Below are positions 13,468 through 26,234 of a stretch of 64,000 nt of DNA, one piece after another. The notes beneath the pieces were generated by a model. The model did no database searches, had not been told where the DNA came from, and was given only the letters and a program-made list of their open reading frames with translations. Numbering within the stretch: position 1 is the first letter of the stretch; each line of letters begins with the position of its first letter. Source of the stretch: Chiloscyllium plagiosum (taxonomy: Eukaryota). The stretch lies in contig NC_057750.1 in the NCBI RefSeq assembly GCF_004010195.1, positions 18,700,542-18,764,541 on the forward strand, read 5' to 3'. The position numbers and the translations under genes are program-made.

Positions 13468-15504
13468 ATAACAACTTCTGGATTATTACCTAAACAAATG
13501 CTCTCTGGAATGGGCTAAATAAGATCAGGCAGAGCAACTTCTACAGTAGATATTGGTGTCAACTCATATGGCACTTGCTTCTGTACTGATAAAAGTGGGG
13601 ATGAACCATTGGGATCGTCCATCTAATCTGAGTTGGCATCAATCTACAAATGAATGCACAAGTAATGATTGGAGAGAACTTTGAGTTAAATAATTGGTTC
13701 GGTTAAGTCATTTTGGAAAATACAGCAAATCAATGAATGTAGTGAACACCAAGGGAGAAAGGTGTTCATATGGAAATAAGGATCAGACAGTGATGGAGGG
13801 TGCTGAATATAAATCTAAATCAACAGATGACACTACAGGTGTCAAACAGATGAAGGGATAGTACAAATAAAAATGAGTATCATCTAGTAATTATTGCCAA
13901 GACTTAGTTGTAGGATGACCCGATTAGGCGTTCATGTTCAAAGAAGCTAGTAAGGGGTGAAATGGTGGTTGTTATTTAATTATTGTAACAAATGCCAGAA
14001 ATAGCAAATAGCCAGAATATCCACAAATATACAGAAGGAATCACGGACGAATTTAATTCAAATGTAGACTGAAAAAATCAAATAGACGATGGGAGACTAT
14101 ATGAAGAATTGACATCCCGAGTTTAATGCAGTTTCTTTGAACAACACACCCTGCAGCGTACCAGAGAATAGACCGCGGTCAGCCTGGTATCGTGCACCAA
14201 GATGAATTAATTAGTGACCTCATAGTGAAAGCGCCTCAGATTGCAGTTACTGGAATATGATTGAATTTTAATTTAAATGCATGTGTGAGAAGATTCAGTC
14301 CAGGATTCGTACTTCAAACTTGAACACATGCAATTCTGAAAACATGAAAACAGTGACAGCTAATGTAAACTTTCAAATTTAGCTAAGCTAGATAGATATT
14401 TAGAGGAGGTATTTCAAGGACTATTTTAGAAGGCACTGAATAAATACATAACAATGAGAAATAAAACAAAACTAAGAGAAGCACACCATTTAGGATACGA
14501 CAGAAATATTAAAGGTCGCATCAAACTTTAAGAAAAAAAAGTGCAAAGATTGGTATACGGTCAGAGAATGAAACGGGCAGACTGATGAAAAGATAAACAA
14601 GGAATGAAAAAATTGTACAAGAAATGAGAAATGTATAAAAAAAAGTACTTCATATCAGTGGTCAATATAGAGAATACAAGAAACGTTTCATAAGTAGCTG
14701 TAAAATTAGAACATGGAAGGGAAGGAGGAGCTCAGGGAAGTGGTACTTAGCAAAATGTTTGGAGCTGGGAATAAGTCCTAATTAACTTTGCCCTTGTATC
14801 TTAAAATAAGTGGCTAGTCAGATACTTGAAGATCTGTTTTTAATTTTCCAAGCTTCCCCAGATTGCGAATCTTCTGTTATTGAAAGATATTAAGTGTGTT
14901 GAAAGATCAAAAGACATCAATTAGGAACTACATATTAATTGGTGTAACTTCTGTAACCAGGACTATGTTAGAAACAATTATTAGGGCACTTAGAAAAGTT
15001 CAAGGAAATCAGACAAAGCCAAAATTATTTTTGAAAATGAATTTTTTTTAGTTTTTTAACAACATATGGGATGAAGTAATATGCAGTATGGTTAAAGGAT
15101 ATGAGCAATTGTCTCTATACTTAAATCTCCAAAAGGTATTTGACATAGCGCCAACCGCCCCAAAAAATGGCTGTTGAGGAAAATAAGAGCTCATATATTT
15201 TGGGGTGTACAGAAGATTCGTTAGCTAATAGAATCAAATAATATTCATGAAGGGCTCATTTTCTCATTGTTATAGCAATGGAGTAAATTAGATTGTTCGG
15301 ATTTTTCTTTAATTCAAAGTGAAAACTAAGGAGCAGACTTACCCATATGAACCTTGTACCAGATTAACCTTGTGCATGTTGGAGGTTAGTGTGGACAAGA
15401 ATCTACAGGGGAACATCGTGCAAACAAGAAGCTAGCATTAGCAAAACATTCCAAAGAAGGTTTGGGGTCAGGAAGGATTTAGAGACATGGAATCGAAAGA
15501 CTTT

Positions 15505-16580
15505 AATAAACATAGAAGCATTGAAAATAGGCGCTGGAGTGGCCATTCCACACTTTGAGCCTGCACAGTAATTCAATATGATCATGGCTGTTCTTGCAAT
15601 TTCACTCCCACTTTCTCTCGATACCCCTTGACTCCTTTAGCCAACAGGGCCATGTCCAGAATTCTCTGGAATATATTTAATGAAGTGGCCCCAACAGTTT
15701 TCAGTCGTATAGAAGTCCACAGGTTCACAACCATGAAGGAATTCTTCCTCATCTCAGGCATGAATGGCTTACACCTTATCCTTAAGCAGTGACCCCTAGC
15801 TCACTAGTCTTCGAAACTGGGAAAATTCTCCACACATCTAGACTGTACACTCCCATTAGGATTTTATATTTTTCAAGGAGTCCTCCCTCATTTTTCTAAA
15901 TTCCAGTGAGTAAAAGTCCAGCTGATCCAATTTTTCTTCATATATTAGTCCTGTCATCCTGGAAATCAGTCTGGTGAACTTTCATTGGACTCCCTCAACA
16001 GCAAGAATTTCCTTCCTCAGACTAGTAGACCAATACTCCACATATTACTCAATTGGCCTCATCAAGGCCATGTACAACTGCAGCAAGGCATCACTACTTC
16101 CATACTCAAATCCTTATCGCCTGCTACCTGCATGCCAACTTTGAGAGACTGTTCTACCATGGCACCCAGGTCTCGTTGAATGTCACTTTCTTCCCCCTCA
16201 ACTGCTATCATTCAAATACTAATCTACCTTACTGTTTTTGCCACCAAAGTGGATAACCTCATATTTATTCCATTATATTGCATTTTCCAAGAATTTGCCC
16301 ACTCAGTCAGCCCATCCAAATCACCCCACAGCCTCTTCGCATCCTCCTCACGGCACACACTGCCACCAGCTAAGTCTTGTGAGAAAAGTTGGAGATATTG
16401 CATTGATTTCCTCTGTGCCAATCGTTAATGTATATTGTGAACAGCTAGGGCCTCAGTACTAAAGTCTATGGTATCTGAGTCATCACTGCCTGTCACTGAG
16501 AAATACCTGTTTATACCAATTCTCTGCTCATGACTGTAAACCAGTTCTTTATTCACATTAATTCATTACCTCCAATTGTT
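15505..16580 (-). mobile_element. Decayed CR1 LINE 3' portion
   Basis: AKRLWGDLDGLTEWANSWKMQYN peptide and a CR1-type 3' end. Confidence 0.7.
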
Positions 16581-16619
16581 GAGCCACAATGGTCTGTGCC
16601 ACAATGGTCAGACTGATTC

Positions 16620-17740
16620 TTATCTAAAGAACGGACGTGCAGAATCTAGTTTTTGAGCAAAGTAAAATGTACTTCTACAAGTACAAGTTCACCCCACAAA
16701 CTTACTTGTGTATGTGTGTATGTGGGGTGTGTGTGTTGGGGGCGTGGTTATGAGTGTATGTAAGAGAGTGTGTGTATGTGTATGAGTGTGAGCGTAAAGA
16801 GGTGTAAGTCTGTGAAAGGGTGCGTGTGTGAGTCTGAGAGTGTATATGTGAGCGTATGAGAGAAGGTCTGCGTGAGTGGATGGGTCTGTAGGAGTGTGTG
16901 TGTGTGTGTGTGTGTGTAGGAGTTGTGTGTGTATATGCGCGTGCAGGTGTGCGCATCTGTCAGTTTGTGTGTATGGTGCAGTGGGGTCACCTTTGGTGTG
17001 ATATGAACCCAAGGTCCCGGTTGAGGCCATCCCCATGGATACTGAACTTGGCTTTCAGCCTCTGCTGGGCCACTTTTCATTGTTGCCTGTCCCAAAATCT
17101 GCTTTGGATGACAGTCACCCGAAGGTCCAAGGTGGGATGTCCTGGACTGCTGAAGTGTTCTCCAACTTGGAGGGAACACTCCTGTCTTTTGATTGTTGTG
17201 CAATGTCCATTCATCCGTTGCTATAGCCTCTGCTTGGTTTCGCCAATGTACTCTGCCTCAGGGCATCCTTGCCTGCAGCATATGAGATAGACAAAGTTGG
17301 CTGAGTACCTGCCACATACAAGTTTGGACGTGTCTCCATACATGAAGGTGGTTTCCGGTCGACATTCTGACGCGTCTTGCAGCATCTACCATGACAAGGT
17401 TGTATGGTGTTATCCTGAAAGCCAGGCAGTTTGCTTTGAACAATGATCTGTTTGTAATTTAGTGGCTGTTTAAAGGCGAAAAGTGGAGGTGTGGGAAGGT
17501 CTTGGCGAGGTGCTCATCCTCACTGAATGTGTTGCAGGCTGCGAAGAACATGGCATAGTTTTTTGGCTCCTGGGAAGTACTGGACAAGGAAGGGTACCCT
17601 GTCAGTTGCAACTCATGTCTGTCTCCTGAGGAGGTCATTATGGTTTCTCGCTGTGGCACGTCCGAACTGGCGGTCGATGAGTTGAGCATCATAGCCCGCT
17701 CTTATGAGGCAAGGATGCCCTGAGGCGTGGTACATTATTT
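16620..17740 (-). mobile_element. Penelope-like element fragment with a GIY-YIG endonuclease and a (CA)n-rich 3' tract
   Basis: Minus strand near 17240-17305 reads SANFVYLICCRQGCPEAEYIGETK (VY...YIG motif). TG-rich tract at 16705-16975, and a short inverted copy of the YIG region at about 17707-17737. Confidence 0.75.
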
Positions 17741-19162
17741 AATTAATTATTTCTTAATTTTCTTTTGCGCTCTGACACAAGTTTTAAACAGATGCAAGGA
17801 GACTGCAGTGACCAAAATCTGGCATATGGATTATAATGTGGGGAAAAAAGTGAAATGACCCAGTTTGGTAAGAGAAATAAAAACGAATCATATTACCTAA
17901 ACAATAGAAGATTACATTGAACTGAAATACACACCCATCTTAGTACACCAATCACAACATTTGTATGTGTGGAATTACATCAATTGATTCGGTAAATAAA
18001 TCGAGAATATTATCATTTATTATGGTGGGAATTGAATGCAAAAGTACTGAGATTATGCATTAGTAGTACAGAGCGTTGGTGCACATATCCTCAGTGCCAT
18101 GCACAGTATTGGTCTCTTTATTTAAGAAAGGATGTCAGTTTGTTGGAAGATTATAGGAGTGTTAACTGGAATGTGCAGATTTCTTTCATGGGAAATGGTT
18201 GGACTTATAACCACTTGAGTTTTGAAAACTAAGAGTCAGCTTGAATGAATCTATTAAACTCTCATGTGGCCTTGACAAACTGAAGGGAGAAAAGGTGTTT
18301 CCTCTCATGGGAGAACCGAGAATGAATACCAATGGTTCAAAATAATATGTCCTCTATTTAAGGCAAAAATGCGGAGATCAGCGGGTATTTGGAACCCTTT
18401 TTCAAAAGCTAGTGGAAACAGTCTTTGAGGTAGATAGACATATCAGAAGCAAAGAATCACAGTCAGAAACAGGAAGGTGGGATAAACAAATCACAAAAAA
18501 AGAGCCTTCACTTTCTCTTGATTTGAATCTTTGCACGTTCATACATTGAAATGTGCTGCTTGGGAGTGTAATATGAGCACAATTAACAACATGTTTAACA
18601 ACAAAAAAAGGATTAATGCATGTGAAGGAATTATACAGACGAAATGGGGGAGGAACAGATTGAGGCAGAGAAATTGAAGGGAAAAGACAAAGACTAGGGA
18701 CGATACCTGATATGTAATCACTAATAAGTCCATTTCGGAGTTCTGGAAAACTGTCAGAGAATAGTGGAGAAAATTGTTAAAATAATTTTGATTGATTGGA
18801 AGATTGAAGAAATTTTAAAAGAAAGCCAAATGTAAGTAGGTGGGTGAAAGCAATAGAAGAATATTCTGATCGGACTGAATAAAGCCTGGTATCAAAATCA
18901 GAAAGCCTTTTGTGATATCACTTAAAAAATAACTGGCATAGACGGGAAGTACAGAATGGCCTCTCAACAATGAAACTTAATAGTAATTGGAACTTTTCCC
19001 AATAGTACTCAAGGGAAATCCTTTTTGGTCTTGAACATTTGTCTTGCATTTTCGTATGAGAAGACAGCAAACTCGGGTTTTTTTTTATTTTGAACAGAAT
19101 GTGAACATTGCTGGCCAGGCTGGTATTATTTTTATCTACCCTTGAACTGACTGGATTTCTAT

Positions 19163-19342
19163 TCGAAGAGTGTGGTGCTGGAAAAGCACAGCCAGTCAGG
19201 CAGCACCCGAAGAGCTGGAGAGTCGACATTTCGAGCATAAGTTTTTCATCAAAAATTAAGATCTTATGCTTGAAACATGAACCGTCCTGCTCCTCGGATG
19301 CTGTCCAACTGGCTATGCTTTTTCCAACGCCACACTCTTCGA
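19163..19342. mobile_element. Fold-back short element (imperfect inverted arms, degenerate hammerhead-like core)
   Basis: TCGAAGAGTGTGGTGCTGGAAAAGCACAGCCAG... is mirrored by ...CTGGCTATGCTTTTTCCAACGCCACACTCTTCGA. Confidence 0.75.
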
Positions 19343-20260
19343 TCCTGACCTCCAGTATCTGCCGCTCTCTTTTTCTCCTGAATGAGTTTCTAGGCCATTT
19401 CTGAGGCCAGTTATGGATAGCTACATGGTTGTTGGTCTGAAATCTTTGCCATAGCAGGTTGGCACAGCAGAGTTCCTTTCCAAGACGGTATTAGTGAACC
19501 AGATGAGTTTTCGTGACAGTCAACCAATGATCACATGGTCTTTATTAGGCTAGCTTCTAATTTTTATTTAATTCACATTTCACCATCTGCTACGGGGGTA
19601 TTTAAACTCATGTCCCAGAATCTGAGCCTGGAGCTTTTGCTTACTAGTCCACCGACATTACAATTAGGTTACTGACATCTCCTGAGCATAACCATGTTTA
19701 AATAAGTGAAATCCATTCATATAGTTACAAATCAAATAAAGCTATCTTTAACTTAGAAGGCGCCCATTCGTATATAAAGTTTGGGATATTAACCTTCCTT
19801 CATACTGCAACATCGACTGCCCTTTGCATTTTTTTTTATATCTCGAGAACTTGGCCGTGAAAGTCTTTTCAAAATCTATTGATTCAATGAGTGAGAAAGA
19901 GAATGTACGATAGATGGTGAAAATATATAAGAGAAGGAGAGGATTTAAGGACCTAAATGAAAGAAGGGAAGGAGAAAAAGGTCAAGGAAACAAGGGAGAG
20001 AACACGATAGAAAACACAGAAGGTGGTTGAGGCAAGAGAACGAGAAAGCAAAAGAGAAACATAATGCAAGAGTGGAGAAACCTGCATATCTATACATCTG
20101 CTTATAAACGCTTCGTATCTTACTCTACCTGCCTAGTCATCTGCCCCGTCTACTGATATTTCTGCTTCTTCCTTTTTTGCCTCTTTTTCTTCCTGACTCT
20201 CTCCGTCTACTGACCATTTATCCGCAATTAGATCTAGTTAGGCGACCGTGCGACGGGGTG

Positions 20261-20299
20261 AGTTTTTGCAGCGCCGTGCAGCGGGAGTGTTGCACTGTG
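20261..20299 (-). other. 23-RSS of V#2
   Basis: CACAGTG, 23-bp spacer, GCAAAAACT. Confidence 0.94.
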
Positions 20300-20599
20300 C
20301 ATCACTGGAGGCGCAGAAATATCGAGCCGCATCGCTGGGCTGCACCATCTCTATCCTTAGATCAAAGGAGCCGCCGGATGTCCTCTTGGCATTGAAACGA
20401 TCTGAGATCTCGTCGGACCTTATCGGTTCACCTTTCTCAACAGCGTGCAGGATATACTGGAGACCCTCGCCCGGGGACTGTCGGTACCAGTACATGTAAC
20501 TATCAGTCCCACGTTGGGTGCACGGGATAACCACAGATTCGGCTTTTCTCACGGAGATATGCTCCTGGACCTGCACAATCTTCTGAGACTCTCCGTGTC
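20300..20599 (-). CDS. TRBV: TCR beta V segment #2, V exon (apparently functional, inverted)
   Basis: GHGESQKIVQVQE...IPCTQ...YMYWYRQSPGEGLQ...DRF...SDAARYFCASSD, with a classic CASS ending and a tttgag acceptor. Confidence 0.94.
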
Positions 20600-21434
20600 C
20601 TCAAAGCAAAATGAGAATAAAGATTTTTAAATATTTGATTTTCATCGACTTATATTTCACTTCCCACACATTCTCCCATTCTAGGTCAATGAAATAATAT
20701 CCTGCAAAGTAATTGAGATAAACAGCCAAGCGGACGGGATAGAAGGAGGAAAATAAAGCATTGCTTGTTGAAGCAAATTTGACCCTGGTGCATCCGGCAG
20801 CACGTCTGCAGCACTGAGACACGTTAAATATTCAAGCTGCGAGTCACTACAAAGCTGAAACATTATTACATATTACCCTATTAAGATATTAAGGGCACAC
20901 AAATAAGGCAAATAAATGGGATAAAGCTACACATCATTCGTGATCAGATTGAATGACAGAGCAGGCGTTTGAGGGGGTTGAATGGTTCAGTCTTTTTCTT
21001 AAGTTTTTTTCAAAGAGACAGACAAGTTCTACCTTAAGACGTCGTTGTTTTGTCATTTTTTTGGTCAAACTCAACGCTATAGACTAATGATAGGGGGCAG
21101 TTGACTTAGCCAAGTCGGTATTATAAATGAGACTTAAATGAGAGATATCACTCTTGCTCATTCCAAATATATAAGTACGACCAGTACGCACCTATCTAAC
21201 GCTATTTCTGTTTGCCTTTGAATGCATACATCGTGTTTGATGATTAGCCCGGTCACCTTTCCAACATTGTCATCCCTCCTCCTCTTGCCCATCTTTTTCT
21301 GCCTACTTCCTCTCTGCTCCATTCTCTCGTTCTTTTCCCTTCCAAGTTTTTATTATTTGGTCAGCGAAATTTGCAGCATACTTTCTCTCCAACTCCTCAA
21401 TAAACCTGTGACATCGCTGTCCTGCACTACTTAC

Positions 21435-21483
21435 CCATCATTAGAAGCAGTTCTGACGTGAAGAACAACAGCCAAGTCCGCAT
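21435..21483 (-). CDS. TRBV: Leader exon of V#2 (MRTWLLFFTSELLLMM-G)
   Basis: Hydrophobic 16 codons plus 1 nt, gtaagt donor, phase 1. Confidence 0.85.
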
Positions 21484-22044
21484 GGTCCGTTATAGTGTGT
21501 CTGACAGCAGGACACTTAAGGTCAATTCGCAGCTCAGAGATGGCACACTGCTGTTTGTGGTCATAGAATTGACTGTTGTAAAGAAGAGCAAACAACATAA
21601 GAAGTAACATCACTGGCTACACAAAGCCATAACACTCCCTCTTTGATTGACATCCCAAACGTCATTCTGTCATAATAACCCCGCCCTCGCCCTCACTCAA
21701 GGGCCAACCTTTCATGCACTTAACTTCGCGATGACAGAGTTACTTACAGAGTTGTTTGAGAAGTTCCCTCCTGTTCGCCTTATAACAACCTTCAGAAGCT
21801 GAACGGTATTCCTCCTCCTGTATCCGTTTAACAAGCCGAAAGAGGCGAAGTGGCCTTTTGCAATTTGTCGCTAATGCAGCCGAGGATTTGAATGATATAC
21901 CCCTGTCCATTTAGTTGGATTAAACCACCTTTTCGTTATTCAATTACAGTCACAGTTGTTCCATGGAGAGTGCATACGCAGCATCAGTGCATAAAATGTA
22001 CCAAAGTTTCTTCTCTTTAACCCATCATGTCACTCATTAAAAAC

Positions 22045-25000
22045 TAGAACATCGAAATGTGCAGCACAGGAAACGGTCCTTCAGTGCCAAACATGATGCC
22101 AAATTTAACAAATCCCTACTGCCTGCCTTTGGTCCATATCCATCCATTCCTTGCATATGCATATGCTTAATGAAACGTCTATTAAATTCCCCTGTCATGT
22201 CTACCTCCATCATCACCTCTGGCAGCGCGTTGCATGTTCCTACCGCTCTCTGTGTTAAAAAAAAAGAATGCCCCTCACATCTCCTTTGAATTTTTCTCCC
22301 TCTCGCCTAAAATATGTAATGCTCCTTCGTATTAGATATTTCAACTCTGAGAAAAACATTTTGACCATCAATTCATTACTTTTGAAATAGTGGTGGAAAT
22401 GGATAGACCAGATCTAAAAGTTGAAGGCTAATTTTGACAGTATTAGACAAGAATTTTCAAAGACTGATTGAGGGCAAATGTTCGCAGGTAAAGGGACGAT
22501 TGGAAAATGGGATGCCTCCAAAATGAGAGAACAAGATTCCAAAGACAGTATATCCCTGTTAGAGTGAAAGGAAAGGCTGGTGTGTGTAGGGAATGCTAGA
22601 TGACTAGAAAGATTGAGGCTTGTTTAAGAAAAGGAAGGAAGCATATGTCAAGAAATAGACAGGAGAGATCGAGTGAATCCACAAACGAGTAGGAGTATAT
22701 TTAAGAGGGAAATCAGGAGGGCAAAAAGGGGACATGCGATAGCTTTGGCAAATAGGGTGAAGGAGTATCTAAAGGATTTTTCTTAATACATTGAGTACAA
22801 AAGGATAACTAAGGAGAGAATAGGGCTCCTCAAAGATCAGCAAGGCAGTCTTTGTGTGGAGCAGCAGGAGATGGGGGAGATACTAAACGAGCATTTTGCA
22901 TCAGTGTTTACTGTGGAAAAGGACATGGGAGACATAGAAAGTCGGGAAATAGATGGTGACATCTTGAAAAATGTCCATTACAAAGAAGGTGGTGCTGGAT
23001 GTCTTGAAACAGATAAAAGGACCTGATCAGGTGTACGCTAGAACTCTGAGGGAAGCTAAGGAAGTGATTGCTAGGCCCCTAGCTGAGATATTTGTGTAAT
23101 CGATAGTCACAGGTGAGGTGCCAGAAGACTGGAGGTTGGCTAACGTGGTGTCACTATTTAAGAAAGGTAATAAGGACAAGCCAGGAACTATAGATCCGTG
23201 AGCTTGACATCGATGGTAGGCAAGTTGTCGAAGGGAATCCTGAGGGACAAGATTTACATGTATTTGGAAAGGGAAGGACTGATTAGGGATAGTCAGCATG
23301 GCTTTGTGTGTGGGAAATCATGTTTAACTAACTTGGTTGAGTTTTTTGAAGAAATAACAAAGAGGAAATGATAAGGGCAGAGGGGCGGACGTGATCTATG
23401 TGGACCTCAGTAAGCCTTTGGATAAGATTCCCCATGGAAGACTGGTAAGCAAGGTTAGACCTCATGGAATACAAGGGTGCTCCGGTTTCCTCCCACAGTC
23501 CAAAGATGTGCAGGTCAGGTGAATTGGCCATGCTAAATTGCCCGTAGTGTTAGGTTAAAGGGGTAAATGTAGGGGTATGGGTGGGTTGCGCTTCGGCGGG
23601 TTGGTGTGGACTTGTTGGGCCGAAGGGCCTGTTTCCACACTGTAAAGTAATCTAATCTAACCTAGCCATTTGGATACAGAACTGGCTCAAAGGTAGAGGA
23701 CAGAGGGTGATGGTGGAGGGTTGCTTTTCAGACTAAGGGCCTGTGACCAGTGGTGTGTCACAAGGATCGGTGCTGGGTCTACTACATTTAGTCATTTACA
23801 CAAATGATTTGGATGTGAACAGAAAAGTTGGTTAGTAAGTTTGCAGATGACACCAAAATTAGAGATGTAGTGGACAGCAAAGAAGGTTATCTCAGAGTAC
23901 AACGGAATCTTGATCAAATGAGGGGTAAGTGAGGACTGCAGATGCTGGAGATTGCATGGTATTGATCACATGATCACATGAACCAATGGACTGAGAGTGG
24001 CAGATGGAGTTTCATTTCGATAAATACCATTTTGGGAAATAAAACAAATCAGAGCATGACTTATATACTTAATGGTAAGTTCTTAAGGATTGTTGCTGAA
24101 CAAAGAGTGCACGTTCATAGTTCCTTGAAAGTAGAATCGCAGGTAGATAGGATAGTGAAGAAGGTGTTTTGCATGGTTTCCTTTATTGGTCAGAGCATTA
24201 AGTATAGGAGTTGGGAGATCATGTTGTGGCTGTGCAGGGCATTGGTTAGGCTACTTTTGGAATATTGCGTGCAATTCTGGTTTCCTTCCTACTGGAAGGA
24301 TGTTGTGAAACCTGACAGGGTTCGGAAAAGATTTATGAGGATGTTGCCAGGGTTGGAAGATTTGAGCTACAGGGAGAGGCTGAATAGGCTGGAGCTGTCT
24401 TCCTTGGAGCGTCAGAGGCTGTGGGGTGACCTTATAGACGTTTATAAAATCATGAGGGGCATGGATAGGACAAATAGACAAGGTATTTTCCCTGCAATAA
24501 GGGAGTCCAGAACTGGAGGGCATAGATTTAGGGTGAGAGAGAAAAGATATAATAGGGACCTAAGGGACAAGTTTTTCATGCAGAGGATGTTGCGTGTACA
24601 GAATGAGCTGCCAGAGGAAGTATTGGAAGCTGGCACCATTAGAACACTTTAATGGCATTTGGGTGATCATATGAATAGGAAAGGTTTCGAGGGATATGGG
24701 ATAAGTGCTGGCAAATGGGACTAGGTTCAGTTAGAATAGCAGGTTGGCATGGATGACTTGGTCTGAAGGGCATGTTTCTATGCTATACATCTCTATAACT
24801 CTAATGACTATACTTATGGATTTTATAATTTTATAGGCTTCTATCAAGACGCCCCTCAGCCTCCGTCACTCCAGAGGAAATAACCCAAGTTTTTCTCGCA
24901 TCTCCTTATATCTCATGCATGCCCTCTAGTCCAAGCAACATCCTGGTAAACCTCTTCTGCATCCTCTCCAAAGCTTCGACATCCTTCCTGTAATGTGGCG

Positions 25001-25430
25001 ACCAGAATTGAATTCAATGTTGTGAAGCCTAATCAAAGTCTTATAAAGTTGAAACATGACATTTTGACTCTTGTACGCAATTCACCAAACAGTAAAAACA
25101 AGCATGCCATACGCATTCTTTATCGCCCTATCTAGTTGCGTGGCCACTTTCAGGGAGCTATGGACTTGAACCCCAAGATCCTTTTGTACATCAATGCTGT
25201 CCAGACACCGGCCATGAACTCTATACTTTTCCTTAGCAATTGATCTCCCAAAGTGCAGCAACTCACACTTATCTGGATTAAACTCTATTTGCCATTTCTC
25301 CACCCAAATCTACAACTGATCTAAAACCTACTGCATCCTTTGACAATTTCTACACTATCCACAACTCCACCGATCTTTATATCGTCTGCAAACTTACTAA
25401 CCTATCCACCTACATTTTCATGCAAGTCAT
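22045..25430. mobile_element. Nested CR1 LINEs: minus-strand 3' fragment interrupted by a plus-strand RT fragment (about 22390-24805), which itself contains a V-SINE (about 23476-23660)
   Basis: ORF 23978-24652 (LVRLLLEYCVQFW...LRGD-like) and minus ORF 25082-25303 (KWQIEFNPDKCELLHFGR). Confidence 0.8.
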
Positions 25431-25753
25431 TCACTTGTTCTTTCCTCAAATAACCTTAAAATCTTATTATGGTTTTATCTAGATGTACTTCATTCGCCTT
25501 TTACTTGAATGGAAAGTAAATGTTCGCATGGCGTCCTTGTCTTTGCTTCACAAAGACTCCCAGCCTCCCAGCTATAGCTAACAACTCAATTCAGATGGTA
25601 TATTTGTAAATCCTCTCTCTATATATTTTATATATGTATCATCTGCAAAATAAACCTCAAAAGGACAAAACACAACTTGATATCAGGTCTTATATTTGTT
25701 TCCTGGCGCTTTTGGAGTTTTATTGAACAGCTCTCTCTCTCTCAGTCACTGTG

Positions 25754-26234
25754 AATGCTCCAAACGCAGTCATACACGGGCCGAGTGATTCGCCCACAAG
25801 CTGAAGGACGACAGAATGGATTGGTATTCACTTGGTCGCTTCGTTGTGAAACCGACCGCCGACTGATCTGAAATCACGCTTTCTGTGACTACGGAATAAA
25901 ATAGCAACTGCAGTTCCTTCCTTGGATATTGTCTGTACCAGTTCAGATTGATGATACTGGTGTTTCCCTCCACGGCGCATTTCGGTTCTAATTTATCCCG
26001 AGGAAGTCTGGAGACAGCGGTGGGAGTCTGGAGATTGTTTGCAAGTTCATGTCTGGAAATGAGAGTGAAAGGGTGGAGGTCAGAAAAATGGGAACTTTTG
26101 AAACAATGGAGCAAGCATTCCTATATTGAAAAAAGTCAGAAAAATAAAGTTATGAGATGTCGATTAGGTAATGTTATTTTTGAAATATATTCCGTACAAT
26201 GACACATAATCAGAATTAGCAAAGGTGACATCAT
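25754..26234 (-). pseudogene. TRBV: TCR beta V pseudogene #3 (paralog of V#5); leader 26198-26234, V exon 25754-26052
   Basis: Close paralog of 32440-32913. It has a 1-nt deletion early in the V exon (ATC TC CAG versus ATC CGC CAG), a 1-nt insertion before the YYC motif, and TAC changed to GAC. The RSS at 25715-25753 has CACAGTG, a 23-bp spacer and a degenerate nonamer ATAAAACTC. Confidence 0.9.

Noticed and set aside
16689-17290. His/Thr-rich and Val/Cys-rich ORFs
   Set aside because: These are translations of a (CA)n/(TG)n-rich tract within a PLE fragment.
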